Assembly (NCBI GenBank): GCA_964473815.1
Contig: CAYYQK010000004.1
Span: forward strand, 4,493-68,492
DNA from: an uncultured Candidatus Saccharibacteria bacterium
GTDB lineage: Bacteria; Patescibacteriota; Doudnabacteria; UBA920
Reading direction: 5' to 3'
DNA length: 64,000 nt
In this document: positions 9,488-18,526 of the stretch, in pieces
How positions within the stretch are numbered: position 1 is the first letter of the stretch
How the letters are laid out: each line of letters opens with the position of its first letter
Position numbers and translations under genes: made by a program
Notes under the pieces: model-generated
Told to the model about the DNA's origin: nothing
Database searches by the model: none
The model's input: the letters and a program-made list of their open reading frames with translations, nothing else

Positions 9488-11146
9488 ATGACAAATGATA
9501 GCATTCAACTCGGAGAATTAAAGAGGGTCTTTAGAGGTGATTTAGAAAATGAATCCGAAACGTTAAAAACATATAGTCATGATGCGAGTCTTTTTGAAAT
9601 CGTTCCAGAATTAGTCGCCTACCCCAAAGATTCCGAGGATGTCTGTAATCTAGTTAAATTTGTCTCATTACAAAAACAGCACAGTCCTGATATCTCAATA
9701 ACACCGCGCAGTGGTGGCACAGACATGTCTGGAGGCGCAATCAACAATTCTATAATTCTTGCTTTTGAGCGATACTTTAAAGCTATTGGTAGTCTAAACG
9801 GTCAGGAAATGAACGTTCAGCCAGGGGTATATTATCGCGATTTTGAGAAGGAAACTTTGTCTCATGGATTACTAATGCCTTCATACCCGGCTTCTCGCGA
9901 AATTTGCATGGTCGGAGGAATTGCATCCAACAATTCAGGTGGCGAAAAATCTTTAATTTACGGCAAAACACAAAAATATGTTACACAGCTCAAAGTAGTT
10001 TTGTCTGATGGAAAAGAATATATCATTAAACCCCTTTCAAAATCCGAACTTCACCAAAAAATGAACAATTCTGGTTTTGAGGGTGATCTGTATCGAGAAA
10101 TATATAATTTAATAACCAATAACCACTCTGCGATTGCTGCGTCAAAACCTAGAGTTAGTAAAAATTCAACTGGTTACAATATTTGGGATGTTTGGGATGG
10201 ACAGACTTTTGATATGACAAAACTGTTTGTCGGAGCTCAGGGCACGCTTGGCATAATCACCGAAATTACCTTCCGGCTAGTTCCCGTAAAACCACTCTCC
10301 GGAATGTTGGTGGTACTGATGCCGAGCTTAAAGGATCTGGGGCAAATAATTAACGTTTTACTTCCCTTAAAACCCAGCAGCCTCGAGTCGTTTGATGACC
10401 ACACTTTAAAATTTGCCTTTAGGTTTTTCTACAGCTTCCGAAAAACTTTGGGATGGAAAAGATTTATTTTCTTGGGCTTAAGTTTTATTCCGGTGCTTAA
10501 CAAACTACTACGATTCCTCCCCCACTTCCCAAAACTCATCATTTTAGTGGAATTTGAAGGTGAAACCCAAGAAGAAATTGATTCTAGGATTGCGCAAGTT
10601 GAGCAAGTGCTCGAACCTTTTGATGTCAGCTTACAACGTGCGGAAGACAAACATCATGAAGAAAAGTTTTGGATAATGCGCCGCGAGAGTTTTAATCTAC
10701 TTCGTAAAAATGTAAAGCGCAAACACACCGCTCCTTTTATTGACGATTTAATTGTGCCGCCGCAAACACTGCCAGAGTTTCTACCGCGACTAATTGAGAT
10801 TTTAGAACGATACAAATTACTCTATACCATTGCCGGCCACATTGGTGATGGGAACTTTCACATAATTCCCTTGATGGATCTGACTAATGCGGAAGAACGA
10901 TTAAAGATCCCAGTTGTCCTTACAGAAGTCAACAGATTAGTCATGGAATATCACGGCTCCCTGTCCGGTGAACACAATGATGGAATGATCCGGGGTCCAT
11001 TCTTAAGTGAAATGTATTCACCAGAAGTTGTTAATATTTTCAAAAAAATAAAAAATACATTTGACCCGCTCAACATATTTAACCCTCATAAAAAAACTAC
11101 TGCAAATTGGAGTTACTCCAGAGAGCATATTCGCAATTCATTCTAA
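9488..11146 (+). CDS. FAD-linked oxidase (PCMH-type FAD-binding domain; GlcD or D-lactate-dehydrogenase-like).
   Basis: RSGGTDMSGGA FAD-binding-4 signature. A C-terminal FAD-oxidase C domain of the expected size. Confidence 0.6.
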   Translation: MTNDSIQLGELKRVFRGDLENESETLKTYSHDASLFEIVPELVAYPKDSEDVCNLVKFVSLQKQHSPDISITPRSGGTDMSGGAINNSIILAFERYFKAIGSLNGQEMNVQPGVYYRDFEKETLSHGLLMPSYPASREICMVGGIASNNSGGEKSLIYGKTQKYVTQLKVVLSDGKEYIIKPLSKSELHQKMNNSGFEGDLYREIYNLITNNHSAIAASKPRVSKNSTGYNIWDVWDGQTFDMTKLFVGAQGTLGIITEITFRLVPVKPLSGMLVVLMPSLKDLGQIINVLLPLKPSSLESFDDHTLKFAFRFFYSFRKTLGWKRFIFLGLSFIPVLNKLLRFLPHFPKLIILVEFEGETQEEIDSRIAQVEQVLEPFDVSLQRAEDKHHEEKFWIMRRESFNLLRKNVKRKHTAPFIDDLIVPPQTLPEFLPRLIEILERYKLLYTIAGHIGDGNFHIIPLMDLTNAEERLKIPVVLTEVNRLVMEYHGSLSGEHNDGMIRGPFLSEMYSPEVVNIFKKIKNTFDPLNIFNPHKKTTANWSYSREHIRNSF

Positions 11147-11154
11147 ATAATTAT

Positions 11155-11910
11155 ATGTTAAAGAAAAAGGTTTTAGGTGTTGTAATCGTTGTTGCGTTTT
11201 TGGGCGTGGGTTGCAACAAGACCAAAGATACCCAACCAAATAACCTTACACCAAGCACAACATCTACTTCTACGTCTTCTCCTGCAAATGAGAAAGTTGT
11301 TTATTTAACTTTTGATGCCGATATGACTCCAGTCATGGCAAAAAAACTTAAAGACAACGAAGTAGCTAGTTGGTATAGTCCTGGCCTGATTCAATATCTG
11401 CAAGATAATCAAATTGCAGCGACTTTTTTTGTGACTGGAATGTTTGCCGAAATTTACCCCGATGCAATAAAACAATGGGCTCAAAATAAAAACTTTGCGA
11501 TTGAAAATCATTCTTATGATCATCCAGGTTTTGAAGACCCTTGCTATGGTTTAGCAACAATTAGCACTGACCAAGAAAAAATTTCCCAGATGCAAAAAAC
11601 TCAAGATATTTTAAAGGAATTAACCGGCACTACCCCGGCTTATTTTCGACATCCAGGTCTATGTCACAACCAACATGATGATGACCTAGCGGCTAAATTA
11701 AATTTGAAAATTAGCGACGAGGGATTAGCTTCAGGTGATGCCTTCAATAAAAATACCGAAGCCATCGTAAATAACGTTGTAAAGAATTCTAAAGCCGGTA
11801 CTGTAATTATTCTTCACACAGGTGGGCCAAATGCCCCAGCTACCGAAGCAGCCATTAAAAAAATTGTCCCTAAGCTGCAAGCTGAAGGATTCTTTTTCGC
11901 AAAACTATAA
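11155..11910 (+). CDS. Polysaccharide deacetylase (NodB domain) lipoprotein.
   Basis: Lipobox LGVGC after the signal peptide. NodB motifs TFDAD and HSYDHP. The track's start at 11107 is inside the previous gene, so the start is placed at the ATG at 11155 after its stop. Confidence 0.75.
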   Translation: MLKKKVLGVVIVVAFLGVGCNKTKDTQPNNLTPSTTSTSTSSPANEKVVYLTFDADMTPVMAKKLKDNEVASWYSPGLIQYLQDNQIAATFFVTGMFAEIYPDAIKQWAQNKNFAIENHSYDHPGFEDPCYGLATISTDQEKISQMQKTQDILKELTGTTPAYFRHPGLCHNQHDDDLAAKLNLKISDEGLASGDAFNKNTEAIVNNVVKNSKAGTVIILHTGGPNAPATEAAIKKIVPKLQAEGFFFAKL

Positions 11911-11912
11911 AT

Positions 11913-13433
11913 CTAAGCCAGACCCGGAAAGAAGTCAGTTTTAATTTGACCGCGTCCTACACCCATATCTAACAAGGTCTTTTTCATCGCAGTTACAAAA
12001 ACATGCGAGCCAGAAATGTAAAATAAGCGCTCGTTAAAGTCTGGGACTTCGGTACTAATCATTTTGGCGTCAATAAATCCTTTATAACCAGTCCAATCAA
12101 CAGGGGCAACATCTGTAATTGTGTAAGCAGACCTCATGCCAAACTTCTGATGGGCTTCTTCAAAAATTTCCGCATAAGCAATTTCTTGTTTGCTTCTATT
12201 GGAATACAACAAAACCACATCGCGATGTTCGCCACTGTCGATCATGTATTTTGTCATGCTTCTGAAAGGCGTTACACCAATTCCTCCAGCGATAAACACC
12301 AATTTTTTATCTAACTCTTTTGGTAAAGTAAAATCACCCGCTAGCTGTGCACCAATAATAGTTTCCCCTGCATGCATGCCACGCATAGCTTTTTTGTAAG
12401 TACTTGGTTGAGGATAAAACTTTACCCCTAAAATTGTTTCCGATTCAGTTGGAGAAGATGCAATTGTAAAATACCGGCGATTGCCGCGAGAGTCCGCGCT
12501 CTTGTGACCCAAAGTCCATTCCATATACTGCCCCGGCGCGAAAGCAAATTGCTTATCAGTTTTAAAAATAAAATCAAAGGCTGCATCCCCAGCTTTCTGA
12601 ATTTTTTGTAGCGTAAACACATGCCGTCCTTTTGGACTAATGACATACGAAAATATATTAGCAATGATCAGTGCTATCTCCGGGGTTATAGACCAAGGAC
12701 CAAATTTAGCTTGCGGAATAATTAAAAGCCCGGCTAAAGCTCCGTACAATACGCGCTTCCACTTTGTTGGCGGCATGGTTAAAGGCTCGGTCAACATAAT
12801 CGTTCCAAAGAAAATTAATGGCGAGGCTTCTATTGCTTTCCAAACCGAATTAGTTATACCCCCGTGACCAAAAGTTAAGGCGATAGTTCCCAGTATTGAC
12901 GCGCCTAAAAAGGCCCACAGCAAATGGAACTGACGAAGCTTACGAGTCATCATTAATCCAAAAATCAAAGTGAATGGCAACATTACTGCCGTACCAATCC
13001 ACCAACTGGCGGACTGACCAACAATTAAAGAAGTTAAAACAACTGCAAACGCAGCAGGATTAAACAAATGTTTTTTACCCAAACTAACTACATACTTTGA
13101 TGCGATAGCAGTAGCACCAGCCAAAGCTAAAATCGGAATAATCGTAATAAATTGACCGGCAGCGGGTGGTGTAATTATCAACGCCAAAATCAAAGCAGTA
13201 ATGTAAGCGGATTCAATATTGACCGGAACTTTAAAGAACCAGCCCAAAATTTTGTTGAAGATTACACTACCAATAACTAACACTAAACTCGAATACATAA
13301 TCCCCCAAGGGCTGTAATGCAACACTCCTGCAAATGCCAGAATAGTTGCAATGCCAAGCAAACCTAAAAGAATATACAGCACAGTGCGGTACATTGTAAT
13401 GCGATCCAAGAAGTTGTCGATAAATTTTAACAT
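11913..13433 (-). CDS. Polytopic membrane protein fused to a C-terminal FNR-like FAD/NAD(P)-binding oxidoreductase module.
   Basis: About 8 N-terminal TM helices. RRYFTIASSP (the RxYS-type FAD motif). GGIGVTPF (NAD-binding GGxGxxP). Confidence 0.65.
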   Translation of the reverse strand: MLKFIDNFLDRITMYRTVLYILLGLLGIATILAFAGVLHYSPWGIMYSSLVLVIGSVIFNKILGWFFKVPVNIESAYITALILALIITPPAAGQFITIIPILALAGATAIASKYVVSLGKKHLFNPAAFAVVLTSLIVGQSASWWIGTAVMLPFTLIFGLMMTRKLRQFHLLWAFLGASILGTIALTFGHGGITNSVWKAIEASPLIFFGTIMLTEPLTMPPTKWKRVLYGALAGLLIIPQAKFGPWSITPEIALIIANIFSYVISPKGRHVFTLQKIQKAGDAAFDFIFKTDKQFAFAPGQYMEWTLGHKSADSRGNRRYFTIASSPTESETILGVKFYPQPSTYKKAMRGMHAGETIIGAQLAGDFTLPKELDKKLVFIAGGIGVTPFRSMTKYMIDSGEHRDVVLLYSNRSKQEIAYAEIFEEAHQKFGMRSAYTITDVAPVDWTGYKGFIDAKMISTEVPDFNERLFYISGSHVFVTAMKKTLLDMGVGRGQIKTDFFPGLA

Positions 13434-13443
13434 TGCTTATAAA

Positions 13444-14187
13444 TTATTTTTCAATTGTGTACTTTTCAAAACCTGTGGTTGAAAGAGCTTGTCCTTGTGC
13501 ATCAATTTGATAACCCTCAAATCCTGGCAAACTTTCAATAAAGTAAATCCCCTCTTTGCCCATGGCAAATGCTGCCGTAGCAAAACGATCAGCCTCATAA
13601 ACATTAGGACCGATCACCGACAGACTCACAACTTCAGTTAATTCTTGATTGGGATTATGCGGGTTATAGATATGCTGACCGCGTGAATAAGTACCGGAAG
13701 TGGCCATACCTTCGTTGTGCAAATAAACTACTTTTACAATTTGTTCGCGATCGAAGGGATTGCGAATCCCAACTTTCCAAGCAGGCTTGTCTGCGTTGCG
13801 GCGTGCTTGGATGTCTGCGCCAGCATCGATGTAGAAATCTTTACTCCCGGCAACATCCAAAATTTTGGCTGCTTCCTGAATTGCCCAACCTTTTACAATT
13901 CCAGAGGGATCGATAGTTCCATCTGGTTTTGTAATGTCAAAATACTCTTTAGTTTCTTGTTTTGTGGTTTCTGCAAGCTTAAAAATTAAGCGCATATCTT
14001 CGCTGGCATTTTCAAGTTCCAACTTTCGGCTGTTAATCCGGTTAATTTCGCTATTGTCTTTGTAAGTACTAAACTTTTCATCAACATAACGGAAATAGTC
14101 GAACACTTTGTTAAACCATTCTTGGTCTTGGCAATCAACAATTTCTACATTGATCGGCATGCCCATAATTGATTCGCTCTTTTTCAT
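13444..14187 (-). CDS. apbE: FAD:protein FMN transferase (ApbE/Ftp family).
   Basis: SGIVKGWA (the family GxxKGxA motif). Length and overall similarity fit ApbE. Confidence 0.8.
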   Translation of the reverse strand: MKKSESIMGMPINVEIVDCQDQEWFNKVFDYFRYVDEKFSTYKDNSEINRINSRKLELENASEDMRLIFKLAETTKQETKEYFDITKPDGTIDPSGIVKGWAIQEAAKILDVAGSKDFYIDAGADIQARRNADKPAWKVGIRNPFDREQIVKVVYLHNEGMATSGTYSRGQHIYNPHNPNQELTEVVSLSVIGPNVYEADRFATAAFAMGKEGIYFIESLPGFEGYQIDAQGQALSTTGFEKYTIEK

Positions 14188-14206
14188 GATCAGAAAATTA
14201 GAAATA

Positions 14207-14815
14207 TTATGTAGCTTGCGACAATGCAGAACTCAAAGATTGAATAAAGGCTTGACTTGAATCTGTTGCGCCAGAGATCATGTCAACTTTAGCAGTTTGA
14301 TTGGCGATCGCTTCGCTACGCAATCTTGGCAAAGCGTAAGTGTTAATTTCTATAGAATGACTGCGATCGTTTGGATACTGCAAAAACTCAATGGCAGTTA
14401 ATTTGCCGCCACTTACAGTCGCTCTAACTTGAACGTTACCATAGTATGCATCGGCGGCAACTCCGGTGTAAGTACCATTTTTGTACTTACCTTGTTGGGT
14501 TGTGCTACCAGAATTAGAATTCGTATTAGTGTTTGAGCTTGAGCTTGAGCCCGACGAAGTACCTTTATTAGCATTACTATTAGAGCCCGTGCTCTTGTTG
14601 CTATTGCCGTTGCTATTACCATTACTGTTGCCATTGCTATCAGAATTAACATTTGCTGGGTTAGTGGAAGGGCTAGTATCTATAGATTGAGATGTGTTGG
14701 AATTTAATGCCAATAAGGCATCTGGATTACTACTACTATTAGTCTGGGTGCGCTGGTAAACCACATATGCTACGAACAACATCGCAACAAATACCGAAAC
14801 GATTATTTTCTTCAT
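14207..14815 (-). CDS. Extracytosolic FMN-binding-domain protein with an N-terminal TM anchor and a Ser/Asn-rich low-complexity linker; predicted ApbE substrate.
   Basis: C-terminal DMISGATDSSQA matches the flavinylation motif D-x-x-S-G-A-T-[ST]. The start is placed at the MKKIIVSV signal-anchor Met (14815) rather than the upstream Met at 14863. Confidence 0.7.
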   Translation of the reverse strand: MKKIIVSVFVAMLFVAYVVYQRTQTNSSSNPDALLALNSNTSQSIDTSPSTNPANVNSDSNGNSNGNSNGNSNKSTGSNSNANKGTSSGSSSSSNTNTNSNSGSTTQQGKYKNGTYTGVAADAYYGNVQVRATVSGGKLTAIEFLQYPNDRSHSIEINTYALPRLRSEAIANQTAKVDMISGATDSSQAFIQSLSSALSQAT

Positions 14816-14921
14816 AAATTGATACAAATTAAAAGAGAGGGGTCTCTCATCTATATTATACAAGATTTAAAAGGATTTATTTCATGTATATATCGTAAAT
14901 CTTTGGATTTTTTGATAAAAT

Positions 14922-15467
14922 ATGGGTATGAATATTCATCCTATTTTAGTCCATTTCCCAGTCGCATTACTGGCTATCTACTCCCTCTTAGAACTGATTC
15001 GCTGGAATAAAATAACCAGCCAACCGTATTGGTTTTATGTAAAGGCAATGTTTGTGTGCGTGGGTGGCCTGGCCGCATTAGCAGCACTCGCAACTGGCGA
15101 TACTGCGGTCGAAGGTGTACGCAATGGGTTGTTCACGCCTGCTGTGAGTAATTACATGGACGTAATTCATCTTCACGAAACTTTTGCAGATATTTCAATA
15201 GTCGTTTTTGGATTAATTGCCGCCAGTTATTTACTTACCTGGATAGATCGCACTAATTTTGTAAATAGGTTTAAGTCGCTAGAGAGTTTATGGCGATTCT
15301 TGGCAAAGATTGCCTCGATAATTCAACGACCTGTGTTGTTGGTCTTGCTGGCTGTAATCGGTTTGATTGCCATTACAATTACCGGGGGCTTGGGAGGCGT
15401 GATTGTATTCGGTCCTGACGCAGATCCATTCTTCAAAATAGTTTACCAAATTTTAATTGGAGCATAA
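14922..15467 (+). CDS. DUF2231-like integral membrane protein (HPxLVHFP motif).
   Basis: N-terminal HPILVHFPVAL and 4 TM helices. The family assignment is from memory. Confidence 0.45.
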   Translation: MGMNIHPILVHFPVALLAIYSLLELIRWNKITSQPYWFYVKAMFVCVGGLAALAALATGDTAVEGVRNGLFTPAVSNYMDVIHLHETFADISIVVFGLIAASYLLTWIDRTNFVNRFKSLESLWRFLAKIASIIQRPVLLVLLAVIGLIAITITGGLGGVIVFGPDADPFFKIVYQILIGA

Positions 15468-15469
15468 GA

Positions 15470-15508
15470 AAAGGCCGCGACAAAATCTAGTCGCGGCCTT
15501 CGTTTTTT
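15470..15508. terminator. Bidirectional terminator (GGCCGCGACAAAATCTAGTCGCGGCC) between convergent genes.
   Basis: 10-bp GC-rich stem with an A-run upstream and a T-run downstream. Confidence 0.75.
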
Positions 15509-15520
15509 ACTATCGCCCTA

Positions 15521-15829
15521 TTAGCTATCCGGACGACTGTTCTTCATGGCCTCTAGAAAATGAGAACGCTGCATCTGGAAACGCTCATCTTCTTCTAAAG
15601 CTCTTTTAGCTGCAGCTACGAAATCTTCACTGACTTCAGTGACCAGAGACACCACCGAGGTAAACTGAAAGTTATCCGAGTTATCATACCTGACAACCCT
15701 CATCCCATGCGGAAGGTCAGCGATTAAGATCTCATGCTTGGGAAGGAACAACCCGTTATATTCGGTTGCGCTCCAGGATCCAGCAGACTGTCGCTCACGC
15801 CAGTGACGCTGTATAGCTTTTAATGGCAT
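15521..15829 (-). CDS. Hypothetical protein, GC-richer than its neighbours.
   Basis: Strong RBS (AGGAGGG) 6 nt upstream of the ATG. Confidence 0.5.
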   Translation of the reverse strand: MPLKAIQRHWRERQSAGSWSATEYNGLFLPKHEILIADLPHGMRVVRYDNSDNFQFTSVVSLVTEVSEDFVAAAKRALEEDERFQMQRSHFLEAMKNSRPDS

Positions 15830-15927
15830 TTAAATCCCTCCTCTAAATTATTTGAAAACGATTTTGTATTTTAGACAAATATGCACTCAATGTCAAGATT
15901 TGCTATAATTAAGGCAATAATTTCCCC

Positions 15928-16197
15928 ATGAGCAAATTAGCTTCTTTAGCGGTTTTAATAGCTTTAGTGATCGGTGGCTTTGTATTATATTCCACTTACG
16001 GGCACCACGTTTTTGAGTACGTCAGAAATTTTGATGAACCAAAAATCAAAGATGACCTAACATATAACGATGGCAATACTTTATATGTTTGTTCCGCCCC
16101 AATAAAACTCCAGCGAGTTTGGTTAAACGAAAGCTATGTATACCAGCCCATTAATTCCGGTGATGCTGATAAGATGTGCAAACCCAGGGAGTTCTAG
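15928..16197 (+). CDS. Small secreted or membrane protein of unknown function.
   Basis: An extended -10 element (TGCTATAAT) lies upstream, and the N-terminus is hydrophobic. Confidence 0.35.
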   Translation: MSKLASLAVLIALVIGGFVLYSTYGHHVFEYVRNFDEPKIKDDLTYNDGNTLYVCSAPIKLQRVWLNESYVYQPINSGDADKMCKPREF

Positions 16198-16198
16198 A

Positions 16199-17383
16199 CT
16201 AAATTGATACGGCTAAAATTAGCCAGAAAATTAAGGCCAGATCATTTTTTAAATACGGTATATCGATCAGACCGTGCACAATGAGTGCAGTCATAAACAA
16301 TAATAATCCCAGCGCTTTAAAGTTCTGGCGATTTTTTATTCCATTCCAAATTCCCCCAGCAAAAACTATTATGAATCCAATCAATCCAAGAAGGCCAAGA
16401 TCGATCCAAAAATTTAAAAAGATGTTGTGCGGAAAATTGTAATGTTGTAATCCCGAGTCCTTATTGTATGTTGACCAGTTATTATCAAAACCATTTATGC
16501 CTTTTCCCAAGATAGGACTATCTTTGATCATATCAGTGCCGGTATGCCATAGACTGATGCGTGCTACCGAAGATTTCTCACCCATGAACGGCAAGATTGC
16601 GCGGTAACGCAAATTAGGAACAACAGCTACAATAATTACTAATGCAAAAAGTGCGGCCGCAAATAAAGGCCATAATTTTTTGTTTACAGAAAGCAGAACA
16701 AAAACTCCGGCGGCAGCAAGTAGTCCCAGCCAAGACCCGCGCGACAAACTTAGGAACAACCCAACCCCACCCACGAGCCACGCCAAAGTAATCCAAATTT
16801 GCTTTCGACGAAATGCATCAGGAATTAACCAAGCTAGTAGTGGTGTTGCAAACAGCGCATAGGCATTTGGGTGTGCAAAAAACGCAATCGCCCGTTTGGG
16901 CTCATTAGCATTCCCCCACCAATCCATGGGCAATGTTAGTCTGGTGAAGTATTGTGCAATCGCTAATATTCCGGCGGCTGCCAACAAAACATACGCTGCA
17001 ATAGTAACTTTGCGAAAAACTTTTTCATCGCGCCGCGCAAAATATCTGACAATAAAGAAAATGGAGATTGGCTCTAAATATAATACAATCCATTGTGCAA
17101 ATTTTTCCGCGCCAAACCCACCGACCAACAAAGAAATTACACTCGCTAAACTTACAAGTATTAATCCAACTGCAACCCAACGCGGTAGTGACTTAAATTC
17201 TTCAATCCATGCGCGCCAGGTGCGCATCACCGAATTACCATTGTGTTTAAACACAGCAAATTTCCCGACCGCAATAACAGCAAAACTGAACAGCATCAAA
17301 AAATTAGTTGGCAAACCGCCAACAGAAAAGCGCCAAACATATAGTGGCGCAGAAAGAAGTAAGATTGCAAAAACGATAGGCAT
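16199..17383 (-). CDS. O-antigen ligase / Wzy-type polymerase family membrane protein.
   Basis: About 10-12 TM helices with the Wzy_C-like LSLSRGSWLGL periplasmic-loop motif. Confidence 0.65.
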   Translation of the reverse strand: MPIVFAILLLSAPLYVWRFSVGGLPTNFLMLFSFAVIAVGKFAVFKHNGNSVMRTWRAWIEEFKSLPRWVAVGLILVSLASVISLLVGGFGAEKFAQWIVLYLEPISIFFIVRYFARRDEKVFRKVTIAAYVLLAAAGILAIAQYFTRLTLPMDWWGNANEPKRAIAFFAHPNAYALFATPLLAWLIPDAFRRKQIWITLAWLVGGVGLFLSLSRGSWLGLLAAAGVFVLLSVNKKLWPLFAAALFALVIIVAVVPNLRYRAILPFMGEKSSVARISLWHTGTDMIKDSPILGKGINGFDNNWSTYNKDSGLQHYNFPHNIFLNFWIDLGLLGLIGFIIVFAGGIWNGIKNRQNFKALGLLLFMTALIVHGLIDIPYLKNDLALIFWLILAVSI

Positions 17384-17392
17384 GTTTTAAAT

Positions 17393-18424
17393 TTAACTAC
17401 TTAAACTGTCTTTAAAGTCACTACGGTAGAGATCAACAAGTTCCATAAAAATCGCCATTATAATTGGTCCAATCAAAAATCCTAAAGCACCAAAAAATTT
17501 AAGTCCGCCTACAACGGCCAATAGCACCAGCACCGGATGCAACTTAATGCGGCTACTAACAATGCGTGGCCCAACAAAATTATCTATTAAGCCTACTGCA
17601 AAAGCAGCCCAAATTGTCATCCCAATTGCCTGCGGAATGTGCCCTGTAATTAAAAGGTAGATTATCGCCGGGATCATTGAAATTGATGTACCCACAGTTG
17701 GCACCAGTGCAGCTACGACAGTAAACGCACCCCAGAGGAATGGCTCGGGCAAGCCAAAAATAAATAAACCAACGGTGGCGACAAATCCCTGGATCAACGC
17801 CATAAGGAACGAACCTTTTACTACCCCATTCACAGCAGAAACAATCCGGTCAAAGAGTTTATCTTCATGTGTTGTGGAAATTGGTGACACATCCATAAAA
17901 GCTTTTTTGATTTTGGTGCCATCACGCAATAAATAGAACACAATAAAGAACATCATGAACGCTGCCACAATAAATCCAACAATGTTTGTAAAAATAGAAG
18001 TGACCGAACTGAACGCCTGACTACTCAATTTACCAATATACGAATTAATGTCCACGCTCAAATTTTGTACAATGGTCTGTAATTGTGGAGGCAGACTGGA
18101 AATAATTTGACCCTTGTCGATGATGAATCCTCCATCGCGGTAACGCTGATACAAATTTCCGACTTCGTTAAAAATCACTTGTCCAAAAAACCAAATTGGA
18201 ATAAGGAAAATCAACAAGATAATTAACACCGAAATCCCTGCTGCTAAATTTTCGTATTTAACTCGCGATCGCAACCATAAATAAAGAGGGCGAAAAAGAA
18301 TTGCCAGAATTAAACCAAGGGCAATGATATTTACAAATGGTTTAAGAATCTGGAAAATCAATACAAAAACCAGGAAAAGCAAAACCAGGAAACTAATGGT
18401 TTGTAGACGTTTAAAGTGAGCCAT
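17393..18424 (-). CDS. AI-2E family transporter (PerM-like).
   Basis: 343 aa, 7-8 TM helices, conserved C-terminal G(F/L)LIGPIIMA motif. Confidence 0.7.
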   Translation of the reverse strand: MAHFKRLQTISFLVLLFLVFVLIFQILKPFVNIIALGLILAILFRPLYLWLRSRVKYENLAAGISVLIILLIFLIPIWFFGQVIFNEVGNLYQRYRDGGFIIDKGQIISSLPPQLQTIVQNLSVDINSYIGKLSSQAFSSVTSIFTNIVGFIVAAFMMFFIVFYLLRDGTKIKKAFMDVSPISTTHEDKLFDRIVSAVNGVVKGSFLMALIQGFVATVGLFIFGLPEPFLWGAFTVVAALVPTVGTSISMIPAIIYLLITGHIPQAIGMTIWAAFAVGLIDNFVGPRIVSSRIKLHPVLVLLAVVGGLKFFGALGFLIGPIIMAIFMELVDLYRSDFKDSLSS

Positions 18425-18526
18425 GCCCTAATTATAGCAAATTTTGCCAATTAGAAGACAGTTGTTGTGTGTTGCGGAGGGAGCTATAATAATAGTGTTA
18501 GTCAAATCTAGGTCTGGAGGACAATC

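Noticed and set aside
14413-14690. ORFs on either strand over the Asn/Ser-rich linker region (MLILIAMATVMVIATAIATRA..., and a Leu/Pro/Glu-rich one).
   Set aside because: They are artefacts of the low-complexity hexanucleotide-like repeat inside the FMN-binding protein gene.
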